53,069 nt of DNA from a virus (lineage: Duplodnaviria; Caudoviricetes), in the IMG/VR virus record IMGVR_UViG_3300024051_000004, positions 1-53,069 of that record; one strand, 5' to 3'. Made by a program: the position numbers and the translations under genes. Numbering within the stretch: the stretch's first letter is position 1; the number at the start of each line of letters is the position of its first letter. Positions 8,393-18,004 of this stretch are shown piece by piece. The notes under the pieces were generated by a model. The model was given only the letters and a program-made list of their open reading frames with translations. It did no database searches and was not told the origin of the DNA.

Positions 8393-11169
8393 ACCGCACC
8401 CCCGATCCCTGCCAGGCCGGTCACGGCGATCGCGTCACGGGTGCGGGTCACCAACGCGCGGGCCGCCGCATCCGGGTTGACTGCCTGAATGTTCCCGACG
8501 GTGATCTGCACGCCACCACCGACACGACCAGTCGACGGGGTCGACGACGCCGCGTAATGCCCGACAGGCCCACCGGTAGCGAACCGACCCGCGTTCAACA
8601 GGTGGAAGAAGTCCACCCCGTACTTGCGCACCGCGGCAGCCCGGACCACGAACTCACCGTTCGACGCCCAGATCGGCACATCATCGGACGTGCCCGTGCC
8701 CGGGCCGACGACCTGACCGCCCGTCGCCAACCCGGGACGACCCGACCCTGACGCGAGACCGTTCAGGTCCGGCAGGGTCGCCCGCACCCGGATCGTCGCG
8801 ACCCGACCGTTCAAGTTCTCGATGAGCCGCCGCACGGACTCCGACGCCCGGGCCGTGTCCGCTGCGATCTGCACGTTCACCCGGTCCGGGATCAGGTCCA
8901 GCTGGTCCGCGAGCGCGGTCGCCGCGTCCTTCGACATGCCCATCGACTCGGCCTGCTTGATGAAGTCGTCCCGCAGTTGCCGCATCGTCTTGCGGAGCTC
9001 GTCCTGGGTGGCGCCCTGCTCCTTGTTCGCGTCGATGAGGTCCCAACCGGACTTCGCGAGGTCGTCGAGGGCGGCCTGGTTCTTGCGACCTGCTTCGGTG
9101 TTCAGGTCGAGGGTCTTCCCGTTCTCGGTGAGTGCGTCCCGGGCGTCGTCCACGGCTTGCCGGTACTGGCGTTGCGCTTCACGGGCGGTCAGGGCGATCC
9201 CGGCGTGTTCCTTCATCCCGTCGATGAGGTCGTCGAGGGCCTTCACGAACTGGGATACGGACGCGGTGCCGTCGTCGGTCGCGTCCGCGTACTCCAGCAG
9301 GGCGGACTTCGCGCCGTCGGTTGCGTCCGCATGGTCCTTCGTGACGCCGATGCCCGCGGCCTGCTCGTCGTTCCACGCGGCCTGGGCCTTCCGAACCTTG
9401 TCCGTCTGCGTGGCAGTGTCTTCCAGGACGTGCCCCATGAAGGCCCGTTCCTTGCGGGCCGCCTTGGTCTGCTCCCCGTTGTACCCCTCGGACTCGGTGA
9501 GGTTGTCGATCTTCACCTGGACTCGCTCCGCAGCGGCACGGAGTTCGTCCATGGCTTCCTCGTTGCCGAGCGCCGCGTCCGTGACCACATCAAGACTTAG
9601 CCCGAGTCGCTTCGCGTAGTCGATCGTGCCCTCGTCGACGAGCTGCTTGTACGCGACGGCTCGCGTGTTTGTCGTGATCGCGCCGGTCTGCGCGTCCAGT
9701 GAGCTCTTCAGGTCGTCGACCCGTTGCTTCGCGTCCGCCTGGTGCTTCACGAACACCCCGAACGCGATGGTCGCCGCGGCGAGCCCGACCCCGAGGGGCC
9801 CGGTCATCGCGGACCCGACAGCACGGACCGCGGCAACGGTCTTCGGCATCGACGCGGCCAGCACATCCATGGCCGCCTTCGTCGCGACGATCCGGGGGGC
9901 CATCAGCAGGAACCCACCGGCCGCCAACCCGACCGCCGCGGTCAACACCCCCACGCCCAGGGCAAGCCGCTGCACCATCGGGTCCGCGGACCCGTACGCG
10001 TCGACCGCGGCCGTCAGGGTCTGCACCATCGTCCGCAGAACCCCGTTCGCAGCCTCACCCGTCTGGATCAGGGCCGTGTCCAGGGCGCCCCCGAGACGCT
10101 CGATGTCCCCGTTCAGGTTGTCCGTCATCAGACGGGCCGTCTCCGCCGCATACCCGGCGTCGTTGACCTTGTCCGTCCACTCCCGAACAGCGTCCCCACC
10201 CTCAGCGAGGAGCACGTTCGCCGCCGTCAACTGGGCGTTCCCGAACAGCTTCCCGAGCGCGTTCGCCTTCTCCGCGTCCGTCATCCCCCACGTCGCCTTC
10301 GTCAACTGGTCCGCGACACCAGCCAACCCGAGGAACTTCCCCTGCCCGTCGAACACCTGCAGGTTCAGGTCCTTCATGACCTCCGCCGCATCCTTCGACG
10401 GCGACGTCAGAGACGACAGCATGCCGCGCAGCGACGTGCCGGCCTGCTCACCGATGATCCCGTTCGACGCGAACAGGGCCACCGTCCCCGCGGTCTCCTC
10501 GAGGGACACCCCCAGCTGGGATGCGGGCACACCGGCGTACTTCATGGCCTCGGCCATGTCACTGACCTCACCTTGCGCCTTCCCGGCACCGGCAGCGAGG
10601 ACGTCCGCGACGTGGGTGGCCTTGTCCCCGGACAGCTTGAACTGGGTGAGGGTCGTCGCCGTGTACTCGGCGGCGTCCGCGACCTGCAGTTCCCCGGCGG
10701 CGGCGAGGTCGAGGGCCCCGGTGAGTCCACCGCTGAGGACGTCGGTGACGTCGACACCGGCCTTGATGAGGTTCGTGATCCCGGCGGCGGCTTCCGACGC
10801 GGAGAACTTCGTGTCGGCACCGGCACGCTTCGCGGCTTCCCGCAGCAGGTCCAGGTTCCCGGCGGTCTCGTGGGATGCGGCTTCGACCCCGGACATCGCC
10901 TCGTCGAACTCCGCGAACTTCGCGACGGCGATCCCGACACCTGCGGCGGCGGCCGCGCCGATTCCGGTGAGGGTGCCACCGACCCGGTTCCATGCGTCCT
11001 CGTGGCGGCGTGCGGACTGCACCATCTGTCCGAGCGCGGTCGACGACGACCGGGCGGTCTCGCCCGCCTTCTTCGCGACGTCCCCGAGTGCCTGCTCGGT
11101 GCCCTTGAGCTGCTTGCGGAAGTCCGCGACCTCAGCCCGGAACCGGACGACGACGGAACGTTCAGGCAC
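8389..11169 (-). CDS. Tape measure protein
   Basis: 926 aa helical Ala-rich protein with TP901-type core (TKFSASEAA, AGTSLRGML, MTDNLNGDIERL) and C-terminal ATGG..GPGTGTSD..SNGEFVV motifs. Confidence 0.95.
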   Translation of the reverse strand: MPERSVVVRFRAEVADFRKQLKGTEQALGDVAKKAGETARSSSTALGQMVQSARRHEDAWNRVGGTLTGIGAAAAAGVGIAVAKFAEFDEAMSGVEAASHETAGNLDLLREAAKRAGADTKFSASEAAAGITNLIKAGVDVTDVLSGGLTGALDLAAAGELQVADAAEYTATTLTQFKLSGDKATHVADVLAAGAGKAQGEVSDMAEAMKYAGVPASQLGVSLEETAGTVALFASNGIIGEQAGTSLRGMLSSLTSPSKDAAEVMKDLNLQVFDGQGKFLGLAGVADQLTKATWGMTDAEKANALGKLFGNAQLTAANVLLAEGGDAVREWTDKVNDAGYAAETARLMTDNLNGDIERLGGALDTALIQTGEAANGVLRTMVQTLTAAVDAYGSADPMVQRLALGVGVLTAAVGLAAGGFLLMAPRIVATKAAMDVLAASMPKTVAAVRAVGSAMTGPLGVGLAAATIAFGVFVKHQADAKQRVDDLKSSLDAQTGAITTNTRAVAYKQLVDEGTIDYAKRLGLSLDVVTDAALGNEEAMDELRAAAERVQVKIDNLTESEGYNGEQTKAARKERAFMGHVLEDTATQTDKVRKAQAAWNDEQAAGIGVTKDHADATDGAKSALLEYADATDDGTASVSQFVKALDDLIDGMKEHAGIALTAREAQRQYRQAVDDARDALTENGKTLDLNTEAGRKNQAALDDLAKSGWDLIDANKEQGATQDELRKTMRQLRDDFIKQAESMGMSKDAATALADQLDLIPDRVNVQIAADTARASESVRRLIENLNGRVATIRVRATLPDLNGLASGSGRPGLATGGQVVGPGTGTSDDVPIWASNGEFVVRAAAVRKYGVDFFHLLNAGRFATGGPVGHYAASSTPSTGRVGGGVQITVGNIQAVNPDAAARALVTRTRDAIAVTGLAGIGGAV

Positions 11170-11216
11170 CAGAACTTCACCCCCCGCCGGTGTTCGGTTC
11201 GCGCCACGATGGGCGG

Positions 11217-11522
11217 ATGGGGTTCCTGATCGTCCTGGTCCTGCTGGTCGTCGCCGGTGCGCTGGTCGCCGGGGTTATCGGCGCGGCGTCGTCAGGTGGT
11301 GATGTGCGCCGTCGTGCGACGGCCGTGGCGGACGCCCCGGCGATCCTTGACCGCACGTTCACCGGTGACACCGTGACCGTGCACGTGCACGCCTCCACAC
11401 TGCCGTGGGAGATGTGGGTGACCGGTGGACGGGACCGCGGCTACGACCTGCACCAGCAGTCCGACCAGTTGGGTGGTGCGGTGCAGACCCTGATCTTCAC
11501 CCGGCGATCGACGACTCCCTGA
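11217..11522 (+). CDS. Counter-oriented membrane protein (moron)
   Basis: N-terminal TM helix MGFLIVLVLLVVAGALVAGVIGAA; fills the gap between chaperone and tape measure genes. Confidence 0.7.
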   Translation: MGFLIVLVLLVVAGALVAGVIGAASSGGDVRRRATAVADAPAILDRTFTGDTVTVHVHASTLPWEMWVTGGRDRGYDLHQQSDQLGGAVQTLIFTRRSTTP

Positions 11523-11930
11523 CCGGGGCCCGCACCGCCGACGGTGGGGCGTTGGGGGTGTCGAACCGTGGGGCCATGCGCGGGTCCGGGTCGTACCCGT
11601 CCGGGGTGATGTCCAGCACGAACGCGGTCTCCGCCGGGGACAACGGGTGCCCGTCCGTCGCCAGGTGCATCGCCTGACACGCCTGACACAGGACACGGTG
11701 CGCCTGGTACTCGCCTTCCATGTCCTCGTTCCACGACCGGTCCTTCGGGTGCCCGCACCCCCGGCACAGGCCGTCCTCGTGCACCGTCAACGCCAACGCC
11801 AACAGACGGTCCTTCACCGTCCACCGGGTCGGCTTCGACCCGGACCGCAACGTCGAGTGCGGGATGTGGTTCGCCCGCGCCGTCCGCAACTCGAGCACCA
11901 CGTTCGGGTGTCGTCGCAGCGCGCGGGCTA
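11497..11930 (-). CDS. Tail assembly chaperone, -1 frameshift extension (gpT-like)
   Basis: -1 frame reads FLARALRRHPNVVLEL...WTVKDRLLALAL...CRGCGHP...CQAC; no own RBS/start. Confidence 0.75.
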
Positions 11931-12458
11931 GAAAGGGACCGTCAGGCCCGCCTCCGCCTTGGAGAACGCCGCCAGGAGCTCGTCGACCATGCGTTCCCCG
12001 GTGACGTCCCGCCGCTGCAGACGCTGCAGCTGGGCGGGTGTGAACGTGGGTGTCGAGTCGGGGGCGGTCGGGTCGGCGGTCGCAGCGGAAAGCACCCACA
12101 GGCCGGTGCTCTTCGGGTCGGTGACCCCGGCCTGTGCGGCACGAGCGGCCACGGCCGCGATCTCCGCCTGCGTCAGCTGCCACACCTTCACCCGGCGGGC
12201 GGTGCGTTCACGTTCCGCCCGCAGTGCGGTGAGTTCCGCCATGACGGACTCCGGGGTCGGGTCGTCCAACCCCCGGTCGGTGTCCTTCATGTTGCGGGCC
12301 GTCTTCATCTTCTCGTCGAGCTCGTTGAGGCGGGTGACGAACTCGTGGTCGCGGGTGTGCAGGACGGCGACGACGTGGGGTCGTTCGACGTCGTCGATCC
12401 ACGCGTCGATGTCGAACTGGTTCGGGTCGGGTTCTTCGATCTTCGGCAGGTCGGTCAT
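11928..12458 (-). CDS. Tail assembly chaperone (gpG-like)
   Basis: Between major tail and tape measure genes; ends in slippery site. Confidence 0.8.
   Translation of the reverse strand: MTDLPKIEEPDPNQFDIDAWIDDVERPHVVAVLHTRDHEFVTRLNELDEKMKTARNMKDTDRGLDDPTPESVMAELTALRAERERTARRVKVWQLTQAEIAAVAARAAQAGVTDPKSTGLWVLSAATADPTAPDSTPTFTPAQLQRLQRRDVTGERMVDELLAAFSKAEAGLTVPF
11931..11937 (-). other. -1 ribosomal frameshift slippery heptamer C CCT TTC
   Basis: XXXYYYZ heptamer immediately before the TAG of the chaperone; -1 frame is open to 11497. Confidence 0.8.
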
Positions 12459-12502
12459 CACGGGTCTCCACGGGTCGTGCGTCACGGGTCGGTGTGGTGT
12501 GA

Positions 12503-12544
12503 CCGGTGGGGGTGACGGACCCGTGAAGACGTCACCCCCACCGG
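12503..12544 (-). terminator. Hairpin after major tail gene
   Basis: CCGGTGGGGGTGACG / CGTCACCCCCACCGG perfect 15-bp stem. Confidence 0.65.
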
Positions 12545-12555
12545 GGTTGTGGGGG

Positions 12556-13065
12556 TCAGGCCCCGCCGGACACGATCGTGGTGTCGAGGTAGAACTGTCC
12601 CTGCTGCAGGAGCGGGACGGTGAGCTTCAGGTACCCGTCGCCCTGCCCGCCGGACTTCTGCGGTGCGTCGCACATGAACAGGAACACGTCGACCTCGTCA
12701 CCCGTGGCGAGGTTCGTGGTGTGGGGCTTGCCGAGGCGGCGCAGGATCCACCCGAACGTGCCCTTCGTGAACGTCGCGGCGAGGTCGTTCTCGGACGGTT
12801 CGTTCGACGTGAAGTCGCGGAACAGGACGAGGTTGCCCTCGTAGTTCCCGACGGTCGGGACGACCGCGTTCGACACGTCCGTGACGGCCCGTTCGTTGAC
12901 GGTGTCGGACGCGGTCGGGTTGATCGACGTGGTGGTCACGACGTAGGGGGAGATGTTCTTCGCGGTCGACAGGTCGGTGACCTTCGGGGCGGACGGGGTC
13001 GTGAGTGACGAAACACCGGACAGCCACCAGTAGCCGGTGACGCCGAGGTCGACGATGCGGGGCAT
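12556..13065 (-). CDS. Major tail protein
   Basis: AAGGAGG RBS; AP.VTDL, FRD, G.FGWILRRLG, GDEVDVF motifs of actinophage tail tube proteins. Confidence 0.85.
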   Translation of the reverse strand: MPRIVDLGVTGYWWLSGVSSLTTPSAPKVTDLSTAKNISPYVVTTTSINPTASDTVNERAVTDVSNAVVPTVGNYEGNLVLFRDFTSNEPSENDLAATFTKGTFGWILRRLGKPHTTNLATGDEVDVFLFMCDAPQKSGGQGDGYLKLTVPLLQQGQFYLDTTIVSGGA

Positions 13066-13067
13066 GG

Positions 13068-13262
13068 TCAGTCCTCCTTGGGGGTGGTGCCCGGGGTCGG
13101 GCGGTTCTTGGTGACCGCGGCGACCGTGGCTGCGGGGGTCGGGGTGATCAGGTCGACGGGTGTGACCTCGATGCCGGTGAACCCTGCCGGGGTGGCGGGT
13201 GGGGTGACCTCGATCGGGGTGAACTGCCCGCTCGGGGCGGGTCGGTCCTGATTGCGGGCCAT
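13068..13262 (-). CDS. Small Pro/Thr-rich protein
   Basis: CAGGAGG RBS; 64 aa with duplicated FTxIEVTP. Confidence 0.55.
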   Translation of the reverse strand: MARNQDRPAPSGQFTPIEVTPPATPAGFTGIEVTPVDLITPTPAATVAAVTKNRPTPGTTPKED

Positions 13263-13333
13263 GGGTGCCTCCTGGTTGCGGGCATGACGAACACCCCGAC
13301 ACCAAGGGGTGCGGGGTGCGTGCGGGGGACGGG

Positions 13334-13747
13334 TCAGGGGTTCAGGCAGGCGAAGATCAGGGGTGCGAACCACCGGTCCGGGAGGGCCGGGTCGCGGGTG
13401 ACGGTCAACCCGCGTGGTGTGTCGTCGACGAGGGGCCCGGTGCCGGTGACGAGGACCTTCCCGTGCAGGACGCCGCGGACGAGGGTGCACGCTTGCAGGC
13501 ACCACGTCACGTCACCGGCGGCGACTGTGACCTGCACGGACCAGTCCAGCCCGGATGGGCCGGTCACCGCCTGATCGGTGGCGGTTGCGCCAGGTCCGGG
13601 CCACACGACCACGTACGGCAGGACCCGCCCATCCGTCAGTGCGGGGGGCCGGTCGGGGACGTCCGCCTCGTACACGGTGACCTTGGTCGACCCGATCGTC
13701 TTCAACGCGGCCACGGCGGCGGCGTACAGCACGTCCGGGGCGGTCAC
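13334..13747 (-). CDS. Tail terminator
   Basis: Synteny; PYVVVWPGPG...VQVTVAAG motif. Confidence 0.75.
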   Translation of the reverse strand: MTAPDVLYAAAVAALKTIGSTKVTVYEADVPDRPPALTDGRVLPYVVVWPGPGATATDQAVTGPSGLDWSVQVTVAAGDVTWCLQACTLVRGVLHGKVLVTGTGPLVDDTPRGLTVTRDPALPDRWFAPLIFACLNP

Positions 13748-14115
13748 AGCAACCCCTCCGCGACCTGTTCCATGGCCTGCAGGAACCCCGGTTGTGCCCG
13801 GTCGAACGCAGGCCCCATGAACGCGTGCGGGCCCATGCGGGACGTCCCGAACTCCACGAACGCCCCATAGTTCGCGGTCGGGCCGATCTCGATCTCGTAC
13901 GTGTCCCGGTCGATCTCCGTGAGGAGTTCCGCGACGGAGATGCTGTTCCGCAGGTTCCCGGTGTCCACCGGTGCGAAGACCTTCGCTTCCGCTTCGACCT
14001 GCACTGCGGCGCGTCGCAGCACGACCGCGGCACGCGCCCCCACCCGGTCGGGCACCCCGGTCAGGTCCACAGCGAGGAGGTTCAGCTCGGACACGTCCAC
14101 GGTGACGCCGTCCAT
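13744..14115 (-). CDS. HK97 gp10-like neck protein
   Basis: APVDTGNLRNSI, YGAFVEFGTSRMGPHAFMGPA. Confidence 0.9.
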   Translation of the reverse strand: MDGVTVDVSELNLLAVDLTGVPDRVGARAAVVLRRAAVQVEAEAKVFAPVDTGNLRNSISVAELLTEIDRDTYEIEIGPTANYGAFVEFGTSRMGPHAFMGPAFDRAQPGFLQAMEQVAEGLL

Positions 14116-14133
14116 GCGCTCACCCCCAAGGGT

Positions 14134-14574
14134 TCAACTGGGCTGGTTCGTCTGGTCGTCAACACAGGAGAGCGTCTGCTCAACCCCGTGCGACGGTGCG
14201 ACTACCGCGGCCACAACGAACACCCGACCGACCAGGGCAGGCAGGGTGTTGTCGTCGACGGCGGTGACAGTGACCCGGGCGCCCTGCGGGATGACCGGGG
14301 CGGTACGCCCCAACCCGACAGTGACGGTCCGGGTGACGACCTGCTGGTCCGCGAGGACCGTGTTGTGCGCCCCGGACTGGGCGTCGTACTCGATGATCGC
14401 GGGCCCCTCATGCAGGACCGTGACCGTCGGTTGCGTGGCGCCACTGGTCGGGCTCCACCCGCCACCGGTCGACCCAGCGGTGATCTTCACGGTCACGTTG
14501 TGGGTGTCGTCAGCGACCGACGCCAGGTGCTGCGCCCACCGCGGGTGAAACACCCTGGTCGACGTGAACGGCAT
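14134..14574 (-). CDS. Head-to-tail stopper-like protein
   Basis: Synteny between adaptor and gp10-like gene; beta-rich. Confidence 0.65.
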   Translation of the reverse strand: MPFTSTRVFHPRWAQHLASVADDTHNVTVKITAGSTGGGWSPTSGATQPTVTVLHEGPAIIEYDAQSGAHNTVLADQQVVTRTVTVGLGRTAPVIPQGARVTVTAVDDNTLPALVGRVFVVAAVVAPSHGVEQTLSCVDDQTNQPS

Positions 14575-14578
14575 CAGG

Positions 14579-14977
14579 TCACCACCCGGCCGGATACGGG
14601 GAGAACTCGAGGAACGCGATCCCACCGTCGTCGTCAGCGTCCGCCTCGGCGTCGTCCGCCATGACCCGCCACGCCGCAGCCTGCCGACGCAACGAGTCCG
14701 CGAGCTTCGCCCCGTCGGTGACGACACCAGCCTGGGTGCGCATCACCTTCGACACGAGCGCCTCCGACGTCGCGATCGCGTCGAGAGCGTCCGCGGCGGC
14801 ACGCCGCAGCACCCACACCGGGCAGGCGGTGTCCGTCGCGACACCACCGTGCATGCGCAGGAACCCACCGACCTGCGTGTCCGACAACATCAGGTTGTCG
14901 GCATCGACGTCCGAGATCAGCAGACGCACCTGCCCGAGTGCCGTGTCGAACGGGCCCTCACCAAGCGTGACGGACAT
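14579..14977 (-). CDS. Head-to-tail adaptor
   Basis: GQVRLLISD...RAAADALDAIATSEAL...TDGAKLA..LR motif. Confidence 0.8.
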   Translation of the reverse strand: MSVTLGEGPFDTALGQVRLLISDVDADNLMLSDTQVGGFLRMHGGVATDTACPVWVLRRAAADALDAIATSEALVSKVMRTQAGVVTDGAKLADSLRRQAAAWRVMADDAEADADDDGGIAFLEFSPYPAGW

Positions 14978-15100
14978 GCGGTTCACCCCCTTGAGCGGTG
15001 CCGGACGCAGGACGCGCTGATGGCAGGGACCGAAAGACCCGGCGGCCTTCGCACGGAGAAGTGGAGCTTGTGCCGGGCATGCGTTGACGCCCGACACCGC

Positions 15101-15135
15101 CGGGTCCGCCACCCGGTGAAGGGGTGGCGGACCCG
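15101..15135 (-). terminator. Hairpin after major capsid gene
   Basis: CGGGTCCGCCACCC / GGGTGGCGGACCCG perfect 14-bp stem. Confidence 0.7.
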
Positions 15136-15143
15136 AGGGGTGG

Positions 15144-16199
15144 TCAGGACCCGATGCCGATGTACAGGGCGTCGTCCCACAGGGCCGCAGCCCCGTTCTC
15201 GTGACGCACCCGGTACCGGATCGTGTCGTCGTCGAAGGAACCCTCGGTCGGGTCGACCGAACCGCCACCGACACGGTTACCCGCGTCGTTCTTCACCCGC
15301 AGGTCCGGGGCCTCGTGACCGGCGAGGAACGCCGACACGACGTGCGGGCGCGCGGACTGCGGCTCGGGCAGCAGGATCCACATCTTCGACACCGACGAGT
15401 ACCCGGAGCCGACGACCGTCAGCCACGGGTTCACGACGACCTGCGGCGTCTGCGACAGACCGTTGCCCTCGACCTCACGACCCGTCTCGGGGTCCTTCAC
15501 CCGGATCGTGTTCACGATCCCCGTCGCCGTGTTCGCGAGCGACGGGGGGACCATGAGCCGCAGGTTCGGGACCATGACCGGGCGGCCGTCCGAGTCCTTG
15601 CGGGACGTGACGTCCGTGATCGCCGCCTGCAGGTTCGCCGCGTCGAGGTTCTTGCCCGTCGCGTCACGGGCATCAGCCCACGTCGACAGACCCGACCCCG
15701 AGGCGTTGAAGAACACCGACGCCGCGAGCCGCTCCTCCGTCTCCCGCGCCGCCGTCGCGAGACGATCCGGCAGGTCACGGAACGCGTCGAGGTCGTCGTT
15801 GACGAACATCTCCCACGTCAGCGGGATGATGCCACCGTACTTGTCGACCTTGAACGACTTCTTCGACTCGGTGACGCCACGCGACTTGTACTCCGCGGCC
15901 TCCTTGACCTTCTCCAGGCCGGCACGACCACCGAGCAGGTCGACGATCGTCCGCTCCTTGAAGTTCGGGACGACCTTCCGCGTCGCGAACTGCGGCCACA
16001 CCGGGTTGATCGCCGCATACGCGGCGACGAGCTCCCGGTCGTAGCCTGCACCGAGCAGGAACGGGAAGTCGCTCGTCGAGAGCGCCTCCTCCAGGTCAGC
16101 GCGAGCACGGGTGCTGCCCCGGAGGGCACGCTCGAACAGCTCGCGGGCGGCCAGGATGCGCTTGTTGCGCGGCTGGCCCTCCATGAACATCGTGGGCAT
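15144..16199 (-). CDS. Major capsid protein (Mu gpT-like, HK97 fold)
   Basis: STSDFPFLL, VPNFK, LEKVKEAAEY, KYG..IPLTWEMFVNDDLDAF. Confidence 0.9.
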   Translation of the reverse strand: MPTMFMEGQPRNKRILAARELFERALRGSTRARADLEEALSTSDFPFLLGAGYDRELVAAYAAINPVWPQFATRKVVPNFKERTIVDLLGGRAGLEKVKEAAEYKSRGVTESKKSFKVDKYGGIIPLTWEMFVNDDLDAFRDLPDRLATAARETEERLAASVFFNASGSGLSTWADARDATGKNLDAANLQAAITDVTSRKDSDGRPVMVPNLRLMVPPSLANTATGIVNTIRVKDPETGREVEGNGLSQTPQVVVNPWLTVVGSGYSSVSKMWILLPEPQSARPHVVSAFLAGHEAPDLRVKNDAGNRVGGGSVDPTEGSFDDDTIRYRVRHENGAAALWDDALYIGIGS

Positions 16200-16210
16200 G
16201 GTGTTCCTCC

Positions 16211-16564
16211 TCAGCCGGGCAGGCGGACGATGACCGGCTTCGTGCCGGACGAGATGGTGACGGTCTCCAGGGCGTAGCCCAGGAGGGTGCCCGTCGTGCT
16301 GGTGACGTCGATGAGCTGGACGCGGCCGCTGACGGCGCCACCACCGGACGCGTGCCCGTACACGGGCTTGCCGACGGTCGTCGTCGCGGACACCTGCAGG
16401 GTGTGCGCACCCTTGAGGCGGACGGTCGCGTTGCCGTCGCTGTCGCGGTCGGTCTGGGCGATACCGACGAGGTCGCCCACGACGACGACCTCCCCGGAGA
16501 CGACGCCCGACGCGACAGGCAGCGTGATGCTGTCCGCGTCCCGGTAGACCTCGTTCGTGGCCAT
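16211..16564 (-). CDS. Capsid decoration/cement protein (DUF2190-like)
   Basis: MATN..., VVSGEVVVVGDLVGIA, LGYALE; directly upstream of MCP. Confidence 0.8.
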   Translation of the reverse strand: MATNEVYRDADSITLPVASGVVSGEVVVVGDLVGIAQTDRDSDGNATVRLKGAHTLQVSATTTVGKPVYGHASGGGAVSGRVQLIDVTSTTGTLLGYALETVTISSGTKPVIVRLPG

Positions 16565-16567
16565 GGG

Positions 16568-17950
16568 TCAGCCCTCCTTCAGCTTCGCGAGGGCCTCGCG
16601 CAGCTCGTCGTCGGTCAGGTCCTTCGACTCCTCGGTGAGGGTCGGTCCGACGCCGCGAACCGACCCGATGCCGGACGCCTCCGCGACGGCAGCGAGGTAC
16701 GTCTCCTCCTCGGCGCGGGACTTCTCGACGACCGGCGTGAACGCGTCGGTGTCGAGACGACCGGCCTCGGTCAGCGGCAGCGCCTGCGACGTCGCGTCAC
16801 GGACGATCCGCGCCACGGACGCCTCCGCGAGGTCGCTGTTCGCCTTGGTGACGAGGTTCCGCGCGAAGTCACGCGCGTAGGTTGCGGCCTCGGCCTGCAG
16901 CGCACGCTGCTCAGCCTCCTCCGCCTTCTTGGCCGCGGCGTCACGCTCGGACTCGAGCGCGTGCACCCGGCCGGCGTCCGCCTCGAGCTGGCGCAGGCGC
17001 GCCTCCTCGATCTGGGGCATGTCGTCCTCCTGGGACTCCTGGGTGATGGTGGACTGCCCGGCCGGGTCGACCGGGACGTTGGGGGTGGGGTCGGTGCCTG
17101 ACGTGGCCGCGAGGGTCGTCGACTCGTCGACGACGGGGTCGACGGTCGGGGCGCCGGTGGACTCGGTGGCCTGCACGGGCTCGTACGTGGTCTTCACACG
17201 GACCTCGACACGGTCACCGGTGAGGGCGGTCGCGGCGTCGTCGGTGACCGTGAACGTCTGCTGGTAGATGCCCAGCCCGTCGGGGCTCTCGACCTCGAAC
17301 CACACCGTGGTGTCGTCGAAGTCCCGGACCCACACCCACGTCTTGTCCGCCGAGTAGGCGTCCTTCACGAGCGCGGAGAGCTGCTCGCGGCGGTCGTTCG
17401 CGGTCGCCTCGACGGCGACGGGCCTGGTCTGCGCGGCGTTGGCGCGGGCGGACTCGATGATCTGCAGGACCTTCCCGCCACGCCCGGCGTGGGTCACGAA
17501 GTCGACGGACAGGGCTTCGGTGATGCGGGACACGACCTGGGCGGGCTTCCCGTCCCACTGCCCGGCCTTCGTCTCCGCGAGGGCGCGGATGCTGACACCG
17601 ATGTCCTCAGCCATCGCGGTGAGCGCGTCACGCCACGCGGGGAACACTCGGGCTTCCGCGACGAGCGCCTGCGCCGTGTCGTCCCAGCGGGCGTCCTCGG
17701 TGAGGACACCCGCCAGGTCCTTCACGGACCGTTCCGGCCGGTCGTACATCTCCGACTCGGACGGGTGGTCCAGGTACATGTGGGTGCCCGCGGCGAACAC
17801 CTTCGCTTCGGCCGCGGCCTTGAGGGTGTCCGCCGGGTACACGCCGGACGATCCCTTCCCGGCGTCGATGAGTCGGATCAGCATGCGACCCGGCTTCCCG
17901 GTCCCGGCGGCTTCGAGGACGGCCGCCGATTCGGTGAGGGTGACAGGCAC
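16568..17950 (-). CDS. Capsid maturation protease fused to scaffold
   Basis: MYLDHP..PERSVKDLAG, IGVSIRA, SVDFVTHAGRGGK protease domain; C-terminal coiled coil; AAGGAGG RBS. Confidence 0.85.
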   Translation of the reverse strand: MPVTLTESAAVLEAAGTGKPGRMLIRLIDAGKGSSGVYPADTLKAAAEAKVFAAGTHMYLDHPSESEMYDRPERSVKDLAGVLTEDARWDDTAQALVAEARVFPAWRDALTAMAEDIGVSIRALAETKAGQWDGKPAQVVSRITEALSVDFVTHAGRGGKVLQIIESARANAAQTRPVAVEATANDRREQLSALVKDAYSADKTWVWVRDFDDTTVWFEVESPDGLGIYQQTFTVTDDAATALTGDRVEVRVKTTYEPVQATESTGAPTVDPVVDESTTLAATSGTDPTPNVPVDPAGQSTITQESQEDDMPQIEEARLRQLEADAGRVHALESERDAAAKKAEEAEQRALQAEAATYARDFARNLVTKANSDLAEASVARIVRDATSQALPLTEAGRLDTDAFTPVVEKSRAEEETYLAAVAEASGIGSVRGVGPTLTEESKDLTDDELREALAKLKEG

Positions 17951-18004
17951 GGTGGCCTCCTTGGGATGACGGTCAGACCCGGTGGTGTTCGACAGGGGGT
18001 GAGC

